A program made the translations under genes and the position numbers. Below are positions 51,380 to 62,969 of a stretch of DNA of 64,000 nucleotides, piece by piece. Each line of letters begins with the position of its first letter. The first letter of the stretch is position 1. The notes under the pieces were generated by a model, which worked only from the letters and a program-made list of their open reading frames with translations, was not told the DNA's origin and did no database searches. The stretch comes from Heterodontus francisci (Eukaryota), in assembly GCF_036365525.1 (NCBI RefSeq), contig NC_090393.1:54700488-54764487 (forward strand). Reading direction: 5' to 3'.

Positions 51380-54300
51380 GTAAGTAAATTATTTCTACTG
51401 AGCTTTAACATTTTCAGCGTTAACATCGAAATATCAAAAATCACTTTAAAATCACTGGCTTGGTAGGTTGGATGAGAGCAAAACAGGACTATTTCTCTTA
51501 GAATACAGAGCTTGTGAATCAGCGTCCGGTGACATTTAAAAGATAGGCATAACTGCGCCCAATTTTGCGCAGGGTTTTCAGGTTGTAAGAGAGGACAGAG
51601 GCAATTTTTTAAGATGATACCAGTGCTGCAAGGTTTTAGTTACATGAGAACGAGAGTAAAGCTCGGTCTACTGGACGTTTACAGGATCATCTGCTAGAAA
51701 TGAGCATAGTTCTGAGCAAAATGAAAACAGATATTTTCACTGATGTGTGACATCACACCTCAATATCAGAACCAATTGTAGAGGCTCGGCCTCTCATTTT
51801 AGTATTGAAAAAAGTAGTGTTTCAACCCTTTCTTCATTTCTTCACATTACATAAACCAGTCGGTAACCTGAGGACATCAATTGAATGTCATTGGTAGAAG
51901 GGCGAAGGGACTGGATAGGATATTTTCTTTACCCAGTGGAGTGTTAGGACTGCAGTGTCCTACCTCAAAGAATGGGGCGAGCAGAATCAGACTATCGTTT
52001 AAAAAGAAAGTGGATAAAACTTTGACAAAGGAAAAACAAATGGATGGGAAAAGGACTAAGTGGGCGCCTTTCAAAGGGTGCGATTGGCCTGTTTCTGGCT
52101 ATGATTCTATGAATCCCACAGGGTCTTTGAGACCGGAATACCGCGGCCCTTTTCGGCTCAAAAGGCATAAACACAAGCTCAAAACTTTCATTCTACTGAG
52201 AGTAGTACCGGAATTTAATCATCATTCTTGGATTGAGACTGCGGAAGGATAGTGTGGCGACTTGCTGTAAATCTCTCTCACTCGTCTCCAAACTCAGTGA
52301 AAACCGCTCAGTACATGATTCTCAGTCCGACATTTCGCATTAATCCCCGCTGACGATAGTAATCACACTGATGAGCTAAGTTCAGCTGGTGATAACCATC
52401 CACACTGATCGATTTTCTGCATTCCGCAATAACAAACATCAATAATTGACATGATGCCTATTTTCTTAACAAGTCAGGGGCTTGTGTAGCAATGTCTCGG
52501 AATCGGTATCAGATTCTTCCTGCTGCTCTTGTGCTCTCAATTGCGCTTTGCTGTCGGTTCTGTGGTTAGGGTGAGAGGAGTAAAATGGAAAATGCACATA
52601 CTCTATCGCTATTTTGACTTGGTTATTCGGTGGCATCACAGCAAAATGGGCTAAAATGAGATATAAAACAGAACATGCGACAGAATATTTTCAATTATTC
52701 CTTTTCAAAACGATCGCTGCTACTAACTTTCTCGTTCGTTATTTACTTGCTTACTCTCCTAAAGGTCCAGAGGCATCTCTCCCCATTAGAGAGACAGTTG
52801 GTGATACATAGTTTGAGGATCACCACTCCTCAAGTTTGGCACAAGCCTCCATGAGCTAACACAGCCGGTAAAGGGATTGAGCCCACGCTGTTGGGGTCTT
52901 TCTGTCTCATATTCTAGCCGTCCACCCAGCTGACGCTCAGTTCGCTGCAAAACTCTTGTATTTAGACAATAATATAAACTGATGGTAAAACCTGTGCAAT
53001 AATCCCACGAGATTTCAGATATTTCAGTACCTGAATTTTCAGCTAAACTCTGGGTGAGGCCTGGAGATTATACAAACTCTGACAACAGGGGTTGGAGGCA
53101 CTTGTCAGACTAATCGCAGTTTCAGTCTCCAAATTAATAAAGTTAGGAAAGTGAGGCGAAGTTGTCGGTTCCAAGGCGAAACTCTCTGAATGGCAATAGA
53201 TTGTTAAACCGTCACGGTCACATCTAGTGCTGGTGAGACGCGCCGATGTAGCTGACATCACACCTCAACATCAGAACCAATTGTCGAGGTTTCGGCCTCT
53301 CATTTTAGTATTGAAAAAAGTAGTGTTTCAACCTTTTCTTCATTTCTTCACATTACATAAACCATTTTACTGAGGTTTGTCATTGGCAGCTGGTGCTTGT
53401 AATACATGGTGCGACGGGTTATTTAAAAGATATGAGATTCTGAGAGTTCGGCTTTAATCTTCTTACACTTGGTAATATTTCGTTGTTGCCTTCATGGGAA
53501 TATTTCGATTGAAGAATAAGAAAAAAAAAGAACGAGCTTGCATTGTTATGCCGCCTTCCACGACCTCAGGACATCTGAGCGCACTTCATAGCTAATTTCG
53601 TGCTTTTTAAAGGACAGTCACCCTTTGCAATGTATGAAACTCGGCAGCTTATTTGCGCAAAGTCCCACAAACATCACAGGCCAGATAATCTGTTTTAACG
53701 ATGTTAGTTGAGGGATGAATATAAACCAGGTCAGGTTGGCTTTATTACTTGCAGATTGAGGTTATATTATTAGACAATATAGATATAATAGTTCACAATA
53801 ACAGATGTTATTTAGAGGAAACAGTTTCTGTTTAGTGAAAACGTATGAATTGTGACACACTGACCCCAAAGAAGTCCCCAAACAGCGTAATTAGAATGTG
53901 ATAGAACAGTCTTCTGAGGTTTTAGGCAATAGAGTCACCGTCGGACGAGCGGGAAACCTCGTGGCAGCGAGAAAGGAGCAAAACGACAGAAATCCAAATA
54001 TTAGTCCAAGATTCACTTCCGTCAAAGCAAGTGCAAATTCGAAATTATTTAATAGTTGGTTTAACAGTCAATTTTTTCAAAGTCGAATGTTTGGCGTTAA
54101 ATGTGAAATAGTCTTTGTTGTCAGCATTGCCTTCAATATAAATCCTAATTCTGATTTATTGCTTACTACGATTCTTTTAAATCTTTATATTATTTTCTGA
54201 GCTCATTATTTTGGTTAGATTCAATTTCCTCTTAAGAATTTGTATGTGTTCCTTGCCTTAAGGAAAAGTAGGGATCTTTTCTCAGGTTATATATTTCCCG

Positions 54301-54476
54301 GGACTGTTGGCCCCAGCTTTTCAACGGTTGACACGAAAGGGGTTCCGTTCTGTTAAATTCCTAATAGCTTTTTAACCTGTCATCTAATTTTAAAAGTTTT
54401 GGACAATGTAAAACATTGATTCCGACTTTTATGTGGATGAAGAATGGATCTACTTCAATTTATTTCTGATTTTCAG

Positions 54477-54799
54477 ATCCACGGGTCCCCTCGGTTTCCG
54501 TCCTTCCGCCTTCATCGGATCAAATCGCAGCAAAGAACACGGCGACCCTGGTGTGTTTGGTGAGCGGTTTTAACCCGGGAGCTGTGGAGATTGAGTGGAC
54601 TGTAGATGACAGTGTGAGAGGGAATGGTGTTGAGACCAGTCGGATCCAGCAGGAGACGGACAACACGTTCAGTGTGAGCAGTTATCTGACTCTGCCAGCC
54701 TCAGAGTGGAACTCACACGAGCTTTACTCCTGTGTGGTTAAACACGAGACACAGGCAAATCCGCTTAAAACAAGTATCTCGAGGTCCAGTTGTATCTGA
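54477..54799 (+). CDS. IGL: Ig light chain cluster 2, C exon
   Basis: 323 nt, same peptide as cluster 1 except LYSC for LFSC. Confidence 0.97.
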
Positions 54800-55012
54800 T
54801 TCAAAATCTTATGTATTGATTTGTTATTCCAGCAGCAAAGTTTCTTTACAAATATATTCCGCAAACGGCCATTACATGCTTGTTTTTAAGTGGAACATTT
54901 CAAATCAGAACAGTTGTGCAGGTTATCCGGTGGATTCCGCTGTCTGTATTTTGCAGTGTGTTCACCCTGAACTGATCAAAGTTTCAGTGTAACCTCACGA
55001 ACATCACAGTTT

Positions 55013-55018
55013 AATAAA
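55013..55018 (+). terminator. PolyA signal, cluster 2
   Basis: AATAAA with GT-rich downstream element. Confidence 0.8.
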
Positions 55019-55236
55019 ACGACCATTCCGCTATCTCGTGTGTTGTTATTTTTCTGTGCCGTTGGGTCTGAAACAATTATTAGCAACTTCCTCCATGTGA
55101 TTAAATAGCGGTTTTATTTTAGCGACATTCTGCACATTTTCTGTAAAGCCTTTAACATCAGTCGGAATAATGAGATTATGTACACGAACACGTGGAAGTA
55201 ATCTTGCAACATATTTTCAAAGATAGACCTACTGAA

Positions 55237-55913
55237 GCAGGACCCTGAGCTTCCGGTTGCTTGCCATTTCAACACTCCCCCCTGCTCTCATGCTCACATC
55301 TCTGTCCTGGGATTGCTGCAGTGTTCCAGTGAACATCAACGCAAGCTCGAGGAACAGCATCTCATCTACCGATTAGGCACACTACAGCCTGCCGGTCTGA
55401 ACATTGAGTTCAATAATTTCAGAGCATGACAGCCCCCCACTTTACTTTCATTTTTAGTCATTTTTAGTTATTTTTTCTTCCTTTTTTTTTTGGCATTCCT
55501 TTTTACATTTTTTACAATCTTTTTTTGTATTTATTTCAGTTCATCTTAGTTTGTTCAGTTTGCTCACCCACTGTTTTTTTCAGGTTGTTTTTCTTCAGGT
55601 TTGCACTTGCTGATGTTCAATATTCAGTATATTCACACCTAATCTGTACGAATGCTTTGTCTTTCAACACACCATTAACATATTGTTTGCCTTTGCTCCG
55701 TGACCTTTTGGTCAGCTATGTGGCCTGGTCCAATCTGCACCTTCTCCTTTGTTATCTCTTGCCCAACCCCCACCTCACTTGTTTATAATCTGTGACTTTT
55801 CTAATATTTGTCAGTTCCGAAGAAGGGTCACTGATCCGAAACGTCAACTCTGCTTCTCTTTCCACAGATGCTGCCAGACCTGCTGAGTGAATCCAGCATT
55901 TCTTGTTTTTGTT
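55237..55913 (+). mobile_element. 5'-truncated PLE, copy-2 specific, ~220 bp downstream of the polyA signal
   Basis: 9-bp TSD cctactgaa (55228-55236, 55914-55922); absent at ~25385; open frame QDPELPVACHFN...KLEEQHLIYRLGTLQPAGLNIEFNNFRA* (C-terminal part of the PLE GIY-YIG endonuclease). Confidence 0.9.
55813..55849 (+). ncRNA. Minimal type I hammerhead ribozyme-like motif in a PLE end
   Basis: AGTT-CCGAAGA-A-GGGTC/ACT/GATCC-GAAA-C-GTC-AACT: stem I AGTT/AACT, stem II hairpin, minimal stem III, GUC triplet. Confidence 0.7.
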
Positions 55914-58900
55914 CCTACTGAATATTGTTCGTGTAGGGATGGAGCTGAAGAATTCAAAGCACTTGGTGCAAGTGTTTCTAAATCATCTGGTTACACAAAT
56001 TCAGGGCAAACCCCGTGACCGCCTCTCTTTTGGAGACCCCGCGCCTAACGCGGTGCAATTTCTGACCTAGCTTTTTTTTTCTCAAAATTATCCGATGATT
56101 TTAATTGGTCAATAATGGTTAGATTGAATCAGGTTCTTTTAGAAACAAGTCAAACAGCCGTAACTAGAGATTCCTTGAGGCCTTTGACCGAAACCAGCTC
56201 ATATAAGAGTTGCGCTTTTTAAATTCAGCCTCACACAAATCAGCAACACGGTTCAAGTATCCCTTTAGTATCTTGCCTTCTTTGATCAGACTGATTTAGA
56301 ACTACAGTACATAAATCGCTAAAGTAGTATTATTAGTTGTTAAGGCCATAGCGAGTGAAAACAAAGTGCCGGCTAATTTCCATTGGAATAGAATACAACA
56401 GCAGGGGGGTTTATGTTAGAGTTATATAGAACTGTGCTAATTATTTGACTCCGTACTATAAAAATGCTACTGAAGGGCTGGAGAAAGTGCCGAACGTATC
56501 TGCAATGTTGTTACTACTATTGGGATGATGCGTGGGACTAGAACAGAGAGGCGAAAATATCAGATCTCCACGTACAGATGAAATCAATAGTTTATTTGAA
56601 GATCCGAGTTGGGTGGGAGGAGAGGGAGAGTAAGCATTAGTGTTTCGTTCTCTGATTGGTTGGACGTGACAAACGGAATTCCGAAGGGGTTAGTTCGTCC
56701 ATCACAGCTTTTCGCCATATATATTGATGAAACCATACAGAGTTCGATAAACAAGTTGCAGATCACACCAAATTTGGAGGTAGAGTAAGTTTTGCGTTTC
56801 CTCAATGGGATAAAAACCCTCAGAAATATTAAACAACCAAGGTGCTCGCAAAAATGAGGAACTGAAAGAAATTAGTATCAGTAAAAAAGTAGCACTGGAG
56901 AATTAATAGGACTGAAAGTTGATAAATCCCATGTACCTGATGATTAACAATGCACATTGTTGAAAGAGTTGGCTGCAGAGACAGTGGATGCGTTGGTGAT
57001 CATCTTCCAAAATTCGATAGATTCTGGAATTGTTCCTGCAGATTGAATGATAGCAAATGTAACCCCACTAATTAAGAAAGGAGGGAGAGAGCAAACGGGA
57101 ACCACAGAACTGTTTGCCTGAAAGTAGTAGGGAAAATGCTAGAACCTATGATAAAGGATGTTATAACTGGACAGTTAGAAAATAATGGTAGGATTGGGCA
57201 GAGTCAACATGGACTTATGAACGAGAAATCATGTGACAAACCGATTAGTTTTTGAGGATGTAATTGCAGAATAGATAAGGGGAGCCATGGACGCGGTGTG
57301 TTTGAATTTTCAGAATTGGCTGATGAACAGAAAATAGAGAGTAGAAAAAAACAGGTCATTCTCAGGTTAGTCGGTTTTGACTAGTGGGGTACTGCAAGGA
57401 TCAGTGCTTGTGTGCCAGCTAATCACAATCTTTATCAATGATTTGAATGTGGGGGCTGAATGCAATATTTCCAGGTTTGTTGATGACACAAAACCAGGTG
57501 GGAATGTGATTTGTGAGGAGGATGCAAAGAGTCTTCAAGGGGATGCAAACAGGTTATGTGAGTGGGCAAGAATATGATTGATGGAATATAATGCGGTAAA
57601 ATATGAGGTTATCCAATTTGGTAGGAAGAACAGAAATGCAGAGTATTTCTTAAATGGTGAGAGATTGGGAAGTATTGATGTCCAAAGGGACCTGGGTGTT
57701 TTTGTTCATAAGTCATTCAATGCTAACATGCAGGTGCAGCAAGCAATTAGGAAGCCAAATGGTATGTTAGCTTTTATTTCAATAGAATTTGAATAGAGGA
57801 GTAAAGAAGTATTGCTGCAATTGTGTAGAGTCCTGGTGAGACTGCACCTGGAATATTGTGTGCAGTTTTGTTCTTCTTACCAAAGGAGAGTGTCATAGAT
57901 GGAGTGCAATGATGGTTCACCAGACTGAAACCCGGGATGGCGGGATTGTCCTATGAGGAGAGATTGAAGAGACTGGGCCTATATTCTCGAGAGTTTAGAA
58001 GAATGAGAGGTGATCTCATTGAAACATACAAACTTCTTACAGGGCTCAACCAAGTTGATGCAGGAAGGATGTTCCCCTGGTTGGGGTGGGGTGGATGCGT
58101 TTGAGGTGGAGGGGGTTGGTGGAGCTCTACAACCAGGGGAAACAATCTCAGAATAAGACGCAGGCCATTTAGGACGGAGATGAGGAGGATTTTCTTCACT
58201 CAGAGGGTGGTAAATGTGTGGAATTCACTGGCCCAGAATGCTGTGGAGGCTCAGTCACGAATATCTTCAAGACAGAGAGTGATAGATTTCTAGACATAAA
58301 CAATATCAAGGGATATGGGAATAGTGCAGCAAAATGGCGTTGAGGTCGAAGGTCAGCCATGATCTAGTTGAGTGGCAGACCAGGATCGAAGGGCTCAATG
58401 GCCTGCTCCTGCTCCTGTGTCCTTTGTTCCTAAGGTCGAAACTGAATGCTCGGAAGGCTTAAATGACCTGTTGCTATATCCTAGATTTTGCGTAGTTACA
58501 TATAGTGAGAAATTATTAAAATAACATGATCGGGTTACTAATTAATATTGACCTGATCTCAAATATGTTGCTGACACACAACGTGAAAGTTGTTTTCAGT
58601 CACCATACCTGGTTGTGCACATTGTTTCATGTCTACTCCTAAGATAAAATGCTAATGCATGCATTAGATATTATCATTCATGTAGCTGCCGCCCAACTTC
58701 CACCTGCATTAGGATAGCAAACAATTTGACAGGGCCTTGGTGAGCCCACACTTGTACTGTGAGCAGTTTTGATCTCCTAACCTAGGGAGGGATATACTTG
58801 CCTTAGAGATAGTGCAACACATGTTCAATAGACTGATTCTTGGGATGAAGGGAATTGAGTAAACTATGCTTATATTCCTTTGAGATGAGCAGAATGAGAG

Positions 58901-58957
58901 GTGAACTCAGTAAAACGTATATAATTTTAAGGGGCTTGACAGGATACATACTGGGAG

Positions 58958-59623
58958 AAAAACAAGAAATGCTGGAACCACTCAGCAGGTCTGGTAGCAT
59001 CTGTGGAAAGAGAAGCAGGGTTAACGTTTCGGGTCAGTGACCCTTCATCGGAACTGAAAAATATTAGAAAAGTCACAGGTTATAAGCAAGTGAAGTGGGG
59101 GTGGGGCAAGAGATAACAAAGGATGGCTAGAATGGACCAGGCCACATAGCTGACCAAAAGGTCACGGAGCAAAGACAAACAATATGTTAATGGTGTGTTG
59201 AAAGACAAAGCATTAGTACAGATGAGGTGTAATACACTGAATATTGAACAGCAGCAAGTACAAACCTGAAAAAAAAAACAGTGGGTAAGCAAACTGAACA
59301 AACTGAGATGAAATGAAATAAATGCAAAAAAAAAAGATTGTAAAAAATGTAAAAAAAGAATGTAAATAAAAAGGAAGAAAAAATAACTAAAAATGAAAGT
59401 AAAATGGGGGGCTGTCATGCTCTGAAATTATTGAACTCAATGTTCAGTCCGACAGGCTGTAGTGTACCTAATCGGTAAATGAGATGCTGTTCCTCGAGCT
59501 TGCGTTGATGTTCACTGGAACACTGCAGCAATCCCAGGACAGAGATGTGAGCATGAGAGCAGGGGGGAGTGTTGAAATGGCAAGCAACGGGAAGCTCAGG
59601 GTCCTGCTTGTGGACTGAGCGGA
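58958..59623 (-). mobile_element. 5'-truncated PLE, copy-2 specific
   Basis: 15-bp TSD gata(c/g)atactgggag (58943-58957, 59624-59638); empty site at ~28590-28604; same endonuclease tail. Confidence 0.9.
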
Positions 59624-60074
59624 GATAGATACTGGGAGGTTTTTTCACTTGGCTGGTGAGTCTCGAACTCGGAGACACAGTCCCAAAATAAGAGGCAGAT
59701 ATTTTGGACTGAGATGAAGAGCAATTTCTTCACTCAATCTTCAGAATTCTGTACCCCACAGGGCTGTGACTGCTCAGTAGTTGAGCTTATTTAAGACAGA
59801 AATCGATAGTTTTTTGGATACTGAAAGAATCAAGGAATTTAGGAGTAGGGCTGGAAAGTGTATTTGATGTGGAAGATCAGCCAGGAAAATCATTGAATGG
59901 TGGAACAGGCTCAAAAGACCAAATGGCGCAATGCAATTTCTATTTCTTTTGTTGCAGTGTTCTAGTTTCTTTGTTTTGTTGCACCACCATGGGTAGTCTG
60001 AGTGAAAGAGATTTCCCTTCTCTGACCAGCAGTGTTGTTATGGAGCAGCCCGTAGGCAACCGCCCCAGTATGAT

Positions 60075-60730
60075 AAAAGCAAAAATACTGCGGATGCTGG
60101 AAATCTGAAATAAAAACAGAAAGTGTTGGAAATACTCAGCAGGTCTGGCAGCATCTGTGGAGAGAGAAGCAGAATTAACATTTCAGGTCTGTGACCTATC
60201 ATCAGACTGGCAAAGGTTAGAAATGTCATCAGTTTTAAGCAAGTAAAGCGGGGCGGGGGTAAAGAGAACAAAAGGGGAGGCGTGTGATAGGACAGAGGGC
60301 CGGAGAAATTAACTGACAAGAAGGTCAAGGGGAAAAGGCAAAGAGAGTGAGCTAATGGTGTAGTGAAAGACAAAGCATTAGTGCAGAAAGAGTGTTAATG
60401 ACAGAATAATTAACAGCCCTAGCCAAAAGCACAAACATGAAAAATCCAGTTTAAGGCAGGCACATGGTTAAAAAAACGATAAAGCAAAATATAACAAAAC
60501 AATTATTAAAAAAAGTGGCCACTCATGCTCTGAAATTATTGAACTCAATGTATAGTCCTGGTGCCAAGTCCGAAAATGAGGTGCTTCTCCTCAATCTTGC
60601 GTTGATGTTCACTGACGCACTGCAGCAGGCCCAGGACAGAAAAGTGGGCATGGGAGCAGGGGTGTGTGTTGAAATGGCAGGCAACCGGAAGCTCGGGGTC
60701 ATGTTTGCGGACTGAGCGGAGGTGTTCCGC
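60075..60730 (-). mobile_element. Older PLE subfamily fragment
   Basis: Related terminal repeat and degenerate endonuclease tail PGLYIEFNNFRA*. Confidence 0.8.
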
Positions 60731-60926
60731 TGCTCCACCTCTGGGTTCGTTTTCTGCAAACCATCATCAGTTGTCTCCTTTTCTGGTACTTGTGATTTCT
60801 AGCCAGTAATCTGATGTACCTGTACCAGTTATACGAAACGTAATCAAAATCTTGAGTTAACGTACCCAACCCCTCAAATTAATGAAACGCTCATTTTCCT
60901 TACCAGAAGTAAATTATAACTGCAGG

Positions 60927-61110
60927 AAATAAAAACAGAAAGTGCCGTAAATTGCAGCTCTGGCAACATCAGAACAGTTCTGATGAAAATCCACAGACCT
61001 GAAACGTTAACTCTGTTTCTGTTTCCACAGATGCTGCCAGGCCTGCTGAGTATTTCCAGCACTTTCTGTTTTTATTTCAGATTTCCAGCATCTGCAGTAT
61101 TTTGCTTTCA
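60927..61110 (+). mobile_element. Short PLE terminal insertion with 11-bp TSD and inverted 5' segment
   Basis: TSD ataactgcagg (60916-60926, 61111-61121); aaataaaaacagaaagtgc at the 5' end is the inverse of gcactttctgtttttattt near 61060-61077. Confidence 0.8.
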
Positions 61111-61174
61111 ATAACTGCAGGTAATCTCGCCATTAATCAATCTTAACCAAGACAGCATTCCAATTAAACCCCTC

Positions 61175-61324
61175 TTTTAGATAGGTATATGGATAAAGGA
61201 GAATGATGGGGTATAGATTAAATTGTCCTTGACAGAGGACAAAGGATCGGCACAACATCGTGGGCCGAAGGGCCTGTTCTGTGCTGTATTTTTCTATGTT
61301 CTATGTTCTATGTTCTATGTTCTA
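61175..61324 (+). mobile_element. CR1 3' UTR fragment with (TTCTATG)n tail
   Basis: gggccgaagggcctgttctgtgctgta followed by ttctatg x4. Confidence 0.8.
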
Positions 61325-62969
61325 AACACAACATGAAGGAGAGTACAAGGGCTCTCTGGAAAATTCAGGGCTCAATATTTATTTACATAGATGTTGATCA
61401 AATAAAATAGGTGCTTGGAATTTCCGTGGGATTTATCCCACACGTGATCGGTGGAGATGCGAGAGAAACGGTGTAAACGGTGGACGCAGCGCCGCATGTT
61501 TAAAACATAAACGTTTCTATTAATTCGGGCACTAGCAAAAAGTCAAGTCGGGAAAATCGGGCTGTGAAAAATAACGTGCGACAAACAGGAGTTTCGGCTA
61601 GACTCTGTCTGGACGGTGTTGTTCCATGTAAGCAGTCCTCATCATATTGCGTTCCGAAAACGTGCTCCCGTTGATCTGATCGCCTCCTTCGAAAAAGCTT
61701 CAAATCTCTTGTTCGGTATATCAGCAGAATGGCCTGAATAACGGCGAGGAGTAGCAGTTCGAACAGAGGGAGAAAACATCATCCTCTGCCAGAGAGAACA
61801 TCCGCCTGTCTCTGCAGCTCCGCCGTTGAGGAGCCGTTTATTGTTCTTATACTGAGATTGGTCTTCCTGTTTGAGAAACCAGGATCTCAGGTATAAGTGT
61901 TACAATCACAACTCCCTTGATTACTGACCAATGACACTCAAGTATTGCAGAGGTTCAAACAATCCATTGAGAATTGCAGATAATTTGCTCTTGTTCACTT
62001 TGATCTTGGTGAGGGTGGCCGAAAATGCTTTGGAATTGTGCTTACATTCATTCAGCTCTTGACAGCTGCAGTCCGTAAACGTCCCGGAAAAGCGACAAGT
62101 TACCGGAACTGGAAGACCGCCACAGGAACTAAGAAGTCTTCTTGCCATTTCACTATTGGCATCGTCTGGACGAAAATTAGTGGGTTAGCTCGGGGAAAAA
62201 AAAGCATTTACAAGCAGCTGGTTGTGAGAAGGAAAAACAAATACACTAAACGTTAGGGCTATATGTTGAAACTACAGGGCCCGGTAAAATATAGCCCGAG
62301 ATACTTGCAAAAGTAGAATTGAATGTTTATCTGAAAGTTATAATCAAACTAATGAGACGTGATATTCAAACACAGTGTCAGGTACAGAACACTGCCATAA
62401 ATGTTAGATTTACTGTTCATTCCTTATAGCAAAATTACACTAATGTTCCATTTCTGTATTTCAAAATAGCCTATGGGACCAGAAGATTAAGTTTACATCA
62501 AAACAGCTTTAAGGCAAAATCATTAAATGCAAGCACTAGAATATACTCCGAATATCTCAAATCTTGAAGGATCGGCCCAAACAAAAATTATTTCATGGAA
62601 TAATTTAAATAGAAAAAATTCCCCCAAGTAACGTATAACCACACTTACACTTCCCAGCGTTCCAGCCTGTGGTCCTCCATTCAAGACAACATCTGCGCAG
62701 CTTCAATCTGTTGAATCACATCCTAACCTGGACCTTAAATGGTCTTTTCCACTTTAAAATCCTTACTCTCTTTCATCCCGGCCAGTCCTCTGTATGACCA
62801 TCATCTGCACTCCCTTAAGACGAAGGGAGGAAGACTTGAAAGTTTATGGTGGACAATTGGTTTAGCCATACATTGCCAGATTTCATTGGACCACAGAATG
62901 CACTATCGGGTCTTGCTATCATCAGTCAAAACTGTTCATTATTCCACGATCGACCAGAATACATAGACA

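Larger units (their letters stand above)
30502..59755 (+). repeat. Segmental tandem duplication, copy 2
   Basis: Colinear with 1-28721, including the same nested TEs and IgL cluster, apart from copy-specific indels. Confidence 0.97.

Noticed and set aside
1-59755. Whole duplication as a haplotype or assembly artefact
   Set aside because: Copy-specific TSD-flanked insertions, ~10% downstream divergence and CDR differences favour real paralogs, though the near-identical first 11 kb still needs read-level checking.
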